64,000 nt of DNA from Maricaulis maris. Its GTDB lineage: Bacteria; Pseudomonadota; Alphaproteobacteria; Caulobacterales; Maricaulaceae. Positions within the stretch are counted from its first letter, which is position 1, and the number at the start of each line of letters is the position of its first letter. Positions 30,636 through 39,043 of the stretch are shown piece by piece. Both the position numbers and the translations under genes were made by a program. The stretch covers positions 862,793 to 926,792 of the forward strand of contig NZ_JAGDYT010000001.1 in the NCBI RefSeq assembly GCF_049116555.1, given 5' to 3'. The notes below the pieces were generated by a model. It worked only from the letters and a program-made list of their open reading frames with translations, did no database searches and had not been told where the DNA came from.

Positions 30636-30835
30636 AGAATCGCCTGCGTGTCCTGCGCGCCGAGAGACGCTGGAGCCAGGCCGAGCTGGGCGAGCGTGTC
30701 GGCGTCTCTCGCCAGGCCATCAATGCGGTCGAGACGGGCAAGCATGATCCGTCATTGACCCTGGCCTTCGCCCTGGCCGGCGCCTTTGCGTTGACCATCG
30801 AGGATGTCTTCGACCCGAACGGAGAGGCGGACTGA
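30632..30835 (+). CDS. XRE/Cro-C1 family HTH transcriptional regulator (67 aa)
   Basis: VKNRLRVLRAERRWSQAELGERVGVSRQAINAVETGKHDPSL; GTGA overlap. Confidence 0.9.
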   Translation: MKNRLRVLRAERRWSQAELGERVGVSRQAINAVETGKHDPSLTLAFALAGAFALTIEDVFDPNGEAD

Positions 30836-31420
30836 TCAGTCCGCCTCTTTGGCGTTGACCGCGTCTTTCTCGTCGAGCTGGGCGCAGATGCGGGCAATCG
30901 CCAGATCAGCCCGATCGATCAGCTCGATATGGTCGGCCAGGGATTGCGGGGTAAAGCCCTCGCGGACCGTGTGCGCAATCAGATCGATGAAGGGCGACCA
31001 GAAGCCGTCCGTGTTGAGGAAGACAATCGGCTTGTCCTGAAGTTCGAGTTGCTGGCGCGAGATGACATCGAAGACTTCTTCCAGTGTTCCGGTGCCGCCG
31101 GGCAGGATGATATAGGCGTCGCTTTCGGCGATGAGCTGGCTCTTGCGCTCGCTCATTGTCTCGACAATCTTGATCTCGACGTCTTCGAGATGACCTTCGC
31201 GGGCGATCAGGAAGCCGGGTATGATTCCATAGACGGTTCCGCCCTCGGCAGCGGCGGACGAGGCGGCAATCCCCATCAGGCCGACATCGCCGCCGCCATA
31301 GACAAGGCGGCACTCGGCGCGGGCAATGGCTTGACCGACCGCCGCGGCTGCATCTGCATAGGATTTGCGTTCACCCATACGTGATCCGCAGAAGACACCA
31401 ATCGACCTTAGTTTTGCCAT
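30836..31420 (-). CDS. LOG family nucleotide phosphoribohydrolase (TIGR00730)
   Basis: IGVFCGSR, LVYGGGDVGLMG, PGGTGTLEE. Confidence 0.9.
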   Translation of the reverse strand: MAKLRSIGVFCGSRMGERKSYADAAAAVGQAIARAECRLVYGGGDVGLMGIAASSAAAEGGTVYGIIPGFLIAREGHLEDVEIKIVETMSERKSQLIAESDAYIILPGGTGTLEEVFDVISRQQLELQDKPIVFLNTDGFWSPFIDLIAHTVREGFTPQSLADHIELIDRADLAIARICAQLDEKDAVNAKEAD

Positions 31421-31555
31421 CGTGACATCACTCATATTTGCTTTATCGAACCGGGATGCTATTCGCCGAAGGCTGACGGCGCGAGGTTTGCATCCAGTTC
31501 CGGTATGCCGGAGCGCATTTTTGTGTCCAGCCGAATTGACGACGGGAGAGCCGCC

Positions 31556-32575
31556 ATGACCGCAACGCGGTCGTTTATCATTGCTGCAGCCCTTGCCGCG
31601 CTCGCGATTGCCGCCGCGCTGGCTTTCATCATGTATCGTCCCGGACCGACCGATGATGGCGCGCCCGCGCCTGCCGTCGAGAATCCGGTGTCCCCGGCTG
31701 GGACGACGACACAGCCCGATCCGAGCGACGCCATGCTGGCTGCCCCGGTTTTCGACATTGTGCGTGTGGCCCCGGCAGGGACCGCCGTTGTGGCTGGCCG
31801 CGGCGAACCGGGTGCGACCATCCAGCTGCTCGCCAATGATGCGGCGCTGGAATTCGACAATGCCAGTTCGCGCACGGATCGCATGCCGATCAATGAGCGC
31901 GGCGAGTGGGTGATCATTCTCAATGATCCGCTGCCCTCCGGTGCGGTCGAACTCTCCTTGCTGATGACGGCCCAGGACGGACGCGAACTGCGTTCCGAAC
32001 AGGTTGTGGTCGTCTCCATCCCCGAACAGCGTGGCCCGACGCCGCTGGTCGTGGTCGGTCGTCCGGGCGAAGCCAGCCGTGTCTGGCAATGCCCGTCCTG
32101 CTCGACGGGCGAGATGGGGCCGCTGGTGCTGGAGACCATCGATTACGACGAAACCGGTGCCGTCATCTTCTCCGGTCGTGCCGAGGCGGGCACGACGGTA
32201 CGGATCTTCGCCAATGGCGCCCAGGTCGGCGAGACCTCTGTTGGCCGTGATGGTCGCTGGACCTTGCAGGCTGGCGCTCTTTTGGCGCCGGGCATCTATG
32301 ACCTGCAGATCGACCAGGTCGACGAAGACGGCCAGGTCAGCGCTGTCATCGTGCTGCCCTTCGAACGCGTGGCGGCTGAAGACCTTGATCTGGGTCCGAA
32401 TTCGGTGGTCGTGCAGCCGGGCAATTCGCTCTGGCGTCTGGCCCGTCGTCTCTATGGCGAGGGCGTCCAGTACACGGTGATCTACGAAGCCAATCGCGAC
32501 CAGATCCGCGACCCGAACCTGATCTATCCAGGCCAGGTGCTCGAAGCACCGGGCGAGGACGGGCAGGGGGGCTAG
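31556..32575 (+). CDS. Membrane-anchored Ig-like/LysM domain protein
   Basis: N-terminal TM, PVFDIVRV, C-terminal LysM VVQPGNSLWRLARRLYG...NRDQIRDPNLIYPGQV. Confidence 0.85.
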   Translation: MTATRSFIIAAALAALAIAAALAFIMYRPGPTDDGAPAPAVENPVSPAGTTTQPDPSDAMLAAPVFDIVRVAPAGTAVVAGRGEPGATIQLLANDAALEFDNASSRTDRMPINERGEWVIILNDPLPSGAVELSLLMTAQDGRELRSEQVVVVSIPEQRGPTPLVVVGRPGEASRVWQCPSCSTGEMGPLVLETIDYDETGAVIFSGRAEAGTTVRIFANGAQVGETSVGRDGRWTLQAGALLAPGIYDLQIDQVDEDGQVSAVIVLPFERVAAEDLDLGPNSVVVQPGNSLWRLARRLYGEGVQYTVIYEANRDQIRDPNLIYPGQVLEAPGEDGQGG

Positions 32576-32580
32576 CCTCG

Positions 32581-32952
32581 ATGGGTGATCCTGAAAAGGA
32601 CCTGCCCCTCGATCTCGACAGTTCGCCCTGGCAGCGCTGGTCTCCCATTCTGCTGGATGTGGCTGTGGTGTTGGTTGCCCTGCATGTCCTGCAGGCGCTG
32701 CTGGTCGCGTTTTATCCTTATGGGATGATGGTGGGCTGGTATGCAGATCGCGGCGAGGCCCTGTTGGACCGTCTGATTGCGCTGCCAATCAGTGCGCACG
32801 GGAATTGGACCGGCTTGGCGCTCGGGACCGTCTTGCTGGTTTTGTTGAGGGTGGGAAGCGGTCTGCTTGGCTGGCACCGGCTGATCTTCTGCGTCGTCCC
32901 GCCGTTCCTCGCGATAGCGTGGCATTTCTGGATTCGAGGTGGATCTGCATGA
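32581..32952 (+). CDS. Hypothetical membrane protein
   Basis: Three or four hydrophobic segments; fills the gap within a same-strand run. Confidence 0.5.
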   Translation: MGDPEKDLPLDLDSSPWQRWSPILLDVAVVLVALHVLQALLVAFYPYGMMVGWYADRGEALLDRLIALPISAHGNWTGLALGTVLLVLLRVGSGLLGWHRLIFCVVPPFLAIAWHFWIRGGSA

Positions 32953-33009
32953 TCGCAGCTCAGGCCGCCCTCTGGCGCTTGCCCCTCCGACGCCCTATCT
33001 CTCGTCGCG

Positions 33010-34908
33010 ATGAGACCGACAAAGCCCGACAGCGAGGATGAAGCCAAGCAGGCGCCGGAAGGCTCGCTGGGCAAGACGATGTGGCGCCTGTTTGCGCTGC
33101 TGGCCTCGCCGGACATGGCCAAGTGGCGCTTCCGCATGGGACTGGCGCTGGTCCTGACGATTATCGCCAAGCTGTTCTCGGTGGGTGCGCCCATCCTGTT
33201 CGGAGACGGCATCAATCTGATCGTTGAGGCCACGGGCGGCGCCACGGCCGCCGCTGAAGGGCGTCAGGGCAGCACGCTCTGGCCCGGCCTTCTCACCACC
33301 TTCTCGCTGGCTTTCATCGCCTATGCCGTGGCGCGCTTCCTGTCGGTCGGCGCGCCGCAGCTGCGCGACGCGATGTTTGCCCCGGTCAGCCAGGACGCCC
33401 AGCGCCTGACCGCGGTGCGGGCCTTTGCCCATGTCCAGCGCCTGTCGATCGGCTATCACCAGACCAAGCGGACCGGCGCGCTCCAGCGCATCATCGAGCG
33501 CGGCGCCCGCGCCGTCGATTTCCTGATGCGCTTCCTGATCTTCAACATCGCCCCGACCCTGTTCGAGCTGACGCTCGCGGCCATCGTTCTCAGTGCCAAT
33601 TATGGCTGGGAATTCGCCGTGATCGCGGTGATCACGATCGCGGTCTATATGGGCCTGACCTGGTCGATGACCGAATGGCGCGTGGTCATCCGACGGCAGA
33701 TGAATGAGGCGGATAATGAGGCCTCGGCGCGCGCGGTCGACGGCTTGATCAATTTCGAGACGGTGAAGGCCTTCGCGGCCGAAGAGCGCGAGAGCGACGC
33801 CTATAATTCGGCGATGACGCGCTATGCCAGCGCCGCCACCAAATCGCAGTCCTCGCTGGCCCTGCTGAACGGACTTCAGGCCTTCGTGATGAATGCCGGC
33901 CTGCTGGCCATGGCGCTCACCGCTGGCTGGAAGGCCTATAACGGCGTGCTCATGGCGGGTGATGTGGCCGCCGTGACGCTGGTGCTGATGAATATCTACC
34001 AGCCGCTCAACATCCTTGGCTGGGCCTATCGCGAGATCAAGCAGGGCGCGGTCGACATGGAACGCGTCTATGAAACCCTGGCATTGAAGCCCGATGTCGA
34101 CGACGCGCCGGATGCACGCCCGCTGACGCTGGCCGGCGGGGCGGTGCGGTTCGAGGATGTCGCTTTCACCCATGACGGGCGCTCGCGCTCGCTGGGCGGG
34201 GTGAGCATGGATATTCCCGCTGGTGGCTTTGTCGGGATTTGCGGCCCCTCCGGCGCCGGCAAATCGACCATATTGCGCCTGCTCTTCCGCTTTTATGATC
34301 CCGAGCAGGGGCGGGTACTGATCGACGGCCAGGACCTGCGCGGGATCGCCCAGACCAGCTTGCGCGATGCGCTGGGCCTGGTGCCCCAGGACGTGGTGCT
34401 GTTCAATGATACGCTCCGTGCCAACATCATTTATGGCAAGCCGGAAGCGAGCGAGGCCGAGATCGCGGCTGTGCTGGAGCGGGCCCACCTGTCTGACTTC
34501 GTGGCCGGACTGCCGGAGGGGCTTGAGACGCTGGTCGGCGAGCGCGGGCTGAAACTCTCTGGCGGCGAGAAACAGCGCGTCGGTGTGGCCCGCGCCATCC
34601 TCAAGGACCCGGCGGTGCTGATCCTCGACGAGGCCACTTCGGCGCTGGACAGTCAGACCGAGGGCGAAGTCCAGGCTGCGCTCAGCGACGCGGCCCGGGG
34701 GCGCACCACGATCGCCGTCGCCCACCGCCTTTCGACCATCGCCGGTGCCGACCGGATTTTCGTGCTGGACGCTGGCCGTGTGGCGGAAACCGGCACGCAT
34801 GACGAATTGCTGGCGATGGACGGGCTCTATGCTGATATGTGGCGTCGCCAGAGCGAGGCCGTCTCGGCGGTCGGCGAGGCACTGGAAACCGCCCAGATCG
34901 CCGAATAG
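33010..34908 (+). CDS. ABCB/ATM1-like ABC transporter (fused permease-ATPase)
   Basis: TMD with NFETVK; GPSGAGKS, LSGGEKQRV, LDEATSALD. Confidence 0.9.
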   Translation: MRPTKPDSEDEAKQAPEGSLGKTMWRLFALLASPDMAKWRFRMGLALVLTIIAKLFSVGAPILFGDGINLIVEATGGATAAAEGRQGSTLWPGLLTTFSLAFIAYAVARFLSVGAPQLRDAMFAPVSQDAQRLTAVRAFAHVQRLSIGYHQTKRTGALQRIIERGARAVDFLMRFLIFNIAPTLFELTLAAIVLSANYGWEFAVIAVITIAVYMGLTWSMTEWRVVIRRQMNEADNEASARAVDGLINFETVKAFAAEERESDAYNSAMTRYASAATKSQSSLALLNGLQAFVMNAGLLAMALTAGWKAYNGVLMAGDVAAVTLVLMNIYQPLNILGWAYREIKQGAVDMERVYETLALKPDVDDAPDARPLTLAGGAVRFEDVAFTHDGRSRSLGGVSMDIPAGGFVGICGPSGAGKSTILRLLFRFYDPEQGRVLIDGQDLRGIAQTSLRDALGLVPQDVVLFNDTLRANIIYGKPEASEAEIAAVLERAHLSDFVAGLPEGLETLVGERGLKLSGGEKQRVGVARAILKDPAVLILDEATSALDSQTEGEVQAALSDAARGRTTIAVAHRLSTIAGADRIFVLDAGRVAETGTHDELLAMDGLYADMWRRQSEAVSAVGEALETAQIAE

Positions 34909-34964
34909 GCGTTGTTTTTATTGCCGTGCCGCCTAGTCTGCACACAGCAGCGCGGGGGCGTCTC

Positions 34965-35675
34965 ATGGACATGATCATGGAGGGCTGGCAGGCCTTTTCG
35001 ACATCGCAGGTCGGCCGTGTACTGACGTCGATCGAGGCGCAGCGAAGCTATGCGGCCGTGGCTCTGCTCGCCGTGTTTGCGCTCAGTCTCTGGCTGGCCC
35101 GCTTGCAGCTCAATCTCCTGAAGGGCGTGCGGGCGGTCGAGCTTGAAGCCGATGAACGCATTTCCGGGCCAGAGCCGAAACTGGCCAAGACCATCCAGGC
35201 GCGACTGGATCGATATCGGGCCCGGCGGGCGGAGATTGTCGGTGGCGTCTGGCAGGCGCTGGCAGCGCTCATTCTCTTCGGGCTCATCCTGCCTGGCGGC
35301 GTCGTCTTCTCGGCTGTGTGGATGCATGACTGGTTGCTGCCGGACTATGCCGCGCCGATCCTGATCGGCGAGGCGGCCCCCGCGTCCGGTCATGAAACCG
35401 GGCTGGGCGCGGTCCTGGTTTTTCTGGTCGACCAGGTTTTTCGCGGGGCCCTGGCGGATATTCCTGAAGTCTTCCGTCTCGGCCTGACCCCGGTCAGCAA
35501 TAATCCGGACAATGCCGTCATCTCCTGGCTGATCGTGATCTATCGCTTTGCGGCCGGGATTGTCAGCGGATCGGCGCTCTACATGATGTATCGGGTCTGG
35601 CGCGGCGTGCCGCGCATTGACCGGCGCATCCGCGATTATGAAGTCCGCCTGCGTCAGGCCGGGGCCGTCGCATGA
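34965..35675 (+). CDS. Hypothetical membrane protein
   Basis: Three or four TM segments; ATGA overlap with tyrA. Confidence 0.6.
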   Translation: MDMIMEGWQAFSTSQVGRVLTSIEAQRSYAAVALLAVFALSLWLARLQLNLLKGVRAVELEADERISGPEPKLAKTIQARLDRYRARRAEIVGGVWQALAALILFGLILPGGVVFSAVWMHDWLLPDYAAPILIGEAAPASGHETGLGAVLVFLVDQVFRGALADIPEVFRLGLTPVSNNPDNAVISWLIVIYRFAAGIVSGSALYMMYRVWRGVPRIDRRIRDYEVRLRQAGAVA

Positions 35676-36400
35676 CGGACCATCCTGCAGTCGGTCTGAT
35701 CGGACTGGGCGCTTTCGGGCGTCTGGCGGCGAGCCATCTCGCTCCGCATCTTGATCTGCTCGCGCATGACCCGGCAGTGACCGCGCTGGACGGCGTGACC
35801 CTGGTTCCGCTCGCCGAAGCCGCTGCGCGACCGGTGGTCATCCTGGCTGTGCCGGTGCAGTCGCTGGCAGACGTGTGTCGCGGTATCGCGCCCTATATCC
35901 AGCCTGGCGCCCTGGTGATGGATGTCGCCTCGGTGAAGCTGGAGCCGATGGCGGCGATGCGGGAGGCCTTGCCGGAGGGGACACGCATTCTCGGCACCCA
36001 CCCGCTCTTCGGACCGCAGAGTGCGGCGGACGGGCTGGAGGGGCAGTCCATCGTCCTGTGTCCCGAACCCGGCGTCGACCCGAGCTGTGTCGCCCATTTC
36101 CTGCGTGATGATTTGCGGCTCGACGTGCATTTGTCCGACGCCGACACCCATGACCGGACCATGGCCAGCGTGCAGGCGCTGACCCATCTTGTCTCGAAGG
36201 TCATCACCGACCTCGACCTTCCGACCGCGCCCTACACCACGCGCAGTTATGATCTGCTCACACAGGCGGCTGAACTGGTGGCCGGTGACAGCGATGCGCT
36301 GTTTCGGGCCATTGAGGGTCACAATCCCCATGCGGCCGATTTGCGGGCGCGATTCTTCCAGGCGGCGCGGGCCCTGGATGCGCGGCTGGAACAGGGCTGA
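35672..36400 (+). CDS. tyrA: Prephenate dehydrogenase (short stand-alone type)
   Basis: GLIGLGAFG, VMDVASVK, GTHPLFGP, HDRTMASVQALTH. Confidence 0.8.
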   Translation: MTDHPAVGLIGLGAFGRLAASHLAPHLDLLAHDPAVTALDGVTLVPLAEAAARPVVILAVPVQSLADVCRGIAPYIQPGALVMDVASVKLEPMAAMREALPEGTRILGTHPLFGPQSAADGLEGQSIVLCPEPGVDPSCVAHFLRDDLRLDVHLSDADTHDRTMASVQALTHLVSKVITDLDLPTAPYTTRSYDLLTQAAELVAGDSDALFRAIEGHNPHAADLRARFFQAARALDARLEQG

Positions 36401-36418
36401 TTCCCGCATTCGGGCATG

Positions 36419-36441
36419 AAAAAACCCGCCGGAAGGCGGGT
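36419..36441 (-). terminator. Terminator downstream of tRNA-Asn
   Basis: acccgcc-ggaa-ggcgggt hairpin preceded by an A-tract (U-tract on the minus strand). Confidence 0.65.
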
Positions 36442-36476
36442 CATTCAACCCCGCCAGGCGGGGTGGGACTTGAGAA

Positions 36477-36552
36477 TGGCTCCTCGGGACGGGCTCGAAC
36501 CGCCGACCCGGTGATTAACAGTCACCTGCTCTACCAACTGAGCTACCGAGGA
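36477..36552 (-). tRNA. tRNA-Asn (GTT)
   Basis: 76-nt cloverleaf, anticodon arm GGTGA-CTGTTAA-TCACC, encoded CCA. Confidence 0.95.
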
Positions 36553-36641
36553 ACATGTGCTCTCAAGCGAGGCCCGGCTTTTATCAGAGCTTTTGCACGG
36601 GGCGCAAGCACCCTTGTGTGCAAGAAGCAGCAAGTGGGTGC

Positions 36642-36720
36642 AAAAAAAATCGGGAGCCGCGGAGGCTCCCGAAAAGGCATTGGGTGGATGGTGGGGTGTC
36701 TTCACGGGAAGACGCCCCTA
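36642..36720 (-). ncRNA. Candidate small RNA (two hairpins, intrinsic terminator)
   Basis: Minus-strand terminator (9-bp stem 36650-36672 plus U8) with no minus-strand gene upstream; second 11-bp hairpin at 36693-36718; CtrA box ~20 nt upstream. Confidence 0.5.
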
Positions 36721-36737
36721 AATTCGGTCCTGAACCC

Positions 36738-36753
36738 TTAAGGTGGAGTTAAC
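36738..36753. promoter_or_regulatory. CtrA full binding site TTAA-N7-TTAAC
   Basis: TTAA-ggtggag-TTAAC, exact consensus match in an intergenic region. Confidence 0.75.
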
Positions 36754-36921
36754 GGGATCGGGAGGATTAGGCATTTGGTTTATTGTCCTTGCCGGTTTCC
36801 TAATGGAATCATGGAAATACGTGGATAATCGAGCAGGTTTCATTCACCATGAAAAATGCCCGTTTTCGGGCGCGCAAGCCGCCGTGATACTGATCTGGCA
36901 GGCGAATCACCGGAGCTGACC

Positions 36922-37272
36922 ATGCGCGAACACGCCACGTTCGAATCATTCTGGCCATTTTACCTGCGCGAGCACGCCAAGCACTGGACGCGGGCCTGGC
37001 ACTTCGTCGGTTCGACGCTGGCCATCTTCGTCCTGATCTATGCGCTCGCATCGCAGACCTGGTGGCTGCTCCTGGCGGTGCCGGTCTCCGGCTATTTCTT
37101 TGCCTGGGTCAGTCATGCCTTCGTCGAGCGCAACAAGCCGGCGACCTTCACCTATCCGCTCTGGTCGCTGGTTGGCGACTACCGCATGTACGGGCTCTTC
37201 CTGGCCGGGCGGCTTGACGCGGAGCTGGACAAGGCCGGCGTGGCGACCGGGCTGGAGGCAAATGACGGCTAG
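36922..37272 (+). CDS. DUF962 family membrane protein
   Basis: FESFWPFYLREH...HFVG...GYFFAWVSHAFVERNKPATFTYPLWSL. Confidence 0.85.
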   Translation: MREHATFESFWPFYLREHAKHWTRAWHFVGSTLAIFVLIYALASQTWWLLLAVPVSGYFFAWVSHAFVERNKPATFTYPLWSLVGDYRMYGLFLAGRLDAELDKAGVATGLEANDG

Positions 37273-37309
37273 CACTGGTCGGCCCAGCGCCGGGCGCTAG
37301 GTCCCGTTC

Positions 37310-37450
37310 ATGGCCCGCCATGTTTCCAGACACACCAAACCGGCGAAGACCTGCGCGAACTGCGGACGGCCTTTCGAGTGGCGCCGCAAATGGGCAGCGG
37401 TCTGGGATGAGGTGAAATATTGTTCCGACCGCTGTCGCCGGGCGCGCTGA
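37310..37450 (+). CDS. DUF2256 family small Cys-rich protein (46 aa; absent from the ORF track)
   Basis: Hand translation MARHVSRHTKPAKTCANCGRPFEWRRKWAAVWDEVKYCSDRCRRAR. Confidence 0.85.
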   Translation: MARHVSRHTKPAKTCANCGRPFEWRRKWAAVWDEVKYCSDRCRRAR

Positions 37451-37451
37451 G

Positions 37452-38972
37452 CTAAAGCGCGTCGAGGACGTCGCGAGCCCGGTCTCGATAGGCCTGACGC
37501 TTCGCCTCGGCCATCCGGTCCCAATTGCGATAAACCGGCCCCAGGCGCGGATTGCCGCGCAGCGTCTCGTCATTGCGGTCGAGGAAATCCCAGTAGAGCG
37601 AGTTGAACGGACAGCTGTCCGGTCCGGTCTTGTCCTTCACGCTGTAGCGACAAGCACCGCAATAATCGGACATGCGATCGATATAGGCGCCACTGGCGGC
37701 ATAGGGCTTCGACCCCAGCAAACCGCCATCGGCGAATTGCGACATGCCGATCACATTGGGTGCCTCGACCCATTCAAAGGCATCGATATAGACCGCCAGA
37801 TACCATTCATGGAGCGCGTGCGGATCGACCCCGGCAATCAGGGCGAAAGTCCCCGTCACCATCAGGCGCTGGATGTGGTGGGCATAGGCCTCGCGCCGTG
37901 TCTGGCCGATGGCAGCGGACAGGCAGGCCATGTCGGTCTCGCCGCTCCAGTAGAAATCGGGCAGGGGACGTTTCGCCCCCAGGGCGTTGCGATGCACATA
38001 GTCCGGACCTTCGCGCCAGTAGATGCCGCGCACATATTCGCGCCAGCCAATGATCTGGCGGATAAAGCCTTCCGCGGAGTTGAGGGGGACATTGCCCGCC
38101 TGCCAGGCCGCTTCAACGCGCTGGCATACGGCAAGCGGGTCGAGCAGGCCGATATTGATGTAGGCCGAGAGAACCGAGTGCCAGAGGAAGGACTCTCCGC
38201 GCAGCATGGCGTCCTGATAGGGCCCGAAATCGGCCAGCGCCGCAGCGATGAAATGATCGAGCGCGGCCTCCGCCTCCTCGGCAGTAACGGCAAAGCGGAA
38301 GGGTTCCAGATCGCCGAACCCGTCTGGAAAGCGTGTGGCCACCATGTCCAGAACCTCCCGCGTGATGGCATCGGGCTCGACGCTGTGGGGCCGCGGCATG
38401 AAGAGGTCGTCGGCGGCCGGCTTGCGGTTCTCGGCATCGTAATTCCATCTCCCGCCAGCCGGCTTGTCACCCTCCATCAGCAAACCCGTCTCGCGCCGCA
38501 TCTCGCGGTAGAAATACTCCATGCGCAGTTGTTTGCGCCCCTCGGCCCAGGCGTTGAATCGTGCGTGTGAGCACAAGAAGCGGTCATCCTCCAGGATCAC
38601 CACCGGCAGTCCGAAGCGGTCCTGCCAGGTCTCGAATTCTCGCCGGAGTCGCCACTCTCCGGGTTCGGTGATGATCAGGCGGTCATAGGGTCTGGTGGCC
38701 AGCGCACGCTCGATGGCATCCGCGAAATCGGCGCAGGGCAAGTCCTGGTCCAGCCGGTGATGGATGACCCGTCGGCCAGCCTTTTCCAGCGCACGCGAGA
38801 AATGGCGCATGGCGGAGAAGACAAGCGCCATCTTCTTGCGGTGGTGCCAGACATAGTCCGTCTCGCTGAGCGCCTCGACCATCAGGATATCGGCCGCTTC
38901 CGGCCGGGTCTGGCGCAGGCTCGGCAGGTCCGGGCTGAGCTGATCGCCCAGAACGAGCACAAGGTCAGTCAT
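37452..38972 (-). CDS. 4Fe-4S cryptochrome/(6-4) photolyase (PhrB/CryB, FeS-BCP class)
   Basis: LVLGDQL, HRKKMALVFSAMRHF, HHIQRLMVTG, SKPYAASGAYIDRMSDYCGAC...CPFNSLYW; start at ATG 38972. Confidence 0.9.
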   Translation of the reverse strand: MTDLVLVLGDQLSPDLPSLRQTRPEAADILMVEALSETDYVWHHRKKMALVFSAMRHFSRALEKAGRRVIHHRLDQDLPCADFADAIERALATRPYDRLIITEPGEWRLRREFETWQDRFGLPVVILEDDRFLCSHARFNAWAEGRKQLRMEYFYREMRRETGLLMEGDKPAGGRWNYDAENRKPAADDLFMPRPHSVEPDAITREVLDMVATRFPDGFGDLEPFRFAVTAEEAEAALDHFIAAALADFGPYQDAMLRGESFLWHSVLSAYINIGLLDPLAVCQRVEAAWQAGNVPLNSAEGFIRQIIGWREYVRGIYWREGPDYVHRNALGAKRPLPDFYWSGETDMACLSAAIGQTRREAYAHHIQRLMVTGTFALIAGVDPHALHEWYLAVYIDAFEWVEAPNVIGMSQFADGGLLGSKPYAASGAYIDRMSDYCGACRYSVKDKTGPDSCPFNSLYWDFLDRNDETLRGNPRLGPVYRNWDRMAEAKRQAYRDRARDVLDAL

Positions 38973-38982
38973 ACGGCATCTC

Positions 38983-39028
38983 TCATCCAGTCTCACATTC
39001 GATACGTAGACAGTCCGAAAGCAGACCA
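38983..39028. promoter_or_regulatory. Two overlapping divergent sigmaE(ChrR)-like promoters
   Basis: Plus: TCATCC-N15-ACGTA (38983-39008); minus: TGGTCT-N15-ACGTA (39028-39003); each differs by 1-2 bases in the -35 and 1 base in the -10 from TGATCC-N15-GCGTA. Confidence 0.5.
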
Positions 39029-39043
39029 GAGATTGGAAATGCG

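Noticed and set aside
30836-32788. 650-aa ORF suggesting a LOG fusion protein
   Set aside because: Only the last 194 codons are LOG; the rest is the antisense shadow of the LysM gene
36719-36775. 18-codon minus-strand ORF MPNPPDPVNSTLRVQDRI with AAGGA upstream
   Set aside because: Too short to support and it overlaps the CtrA box; kept only as an alternative explanation for the orphan terminator
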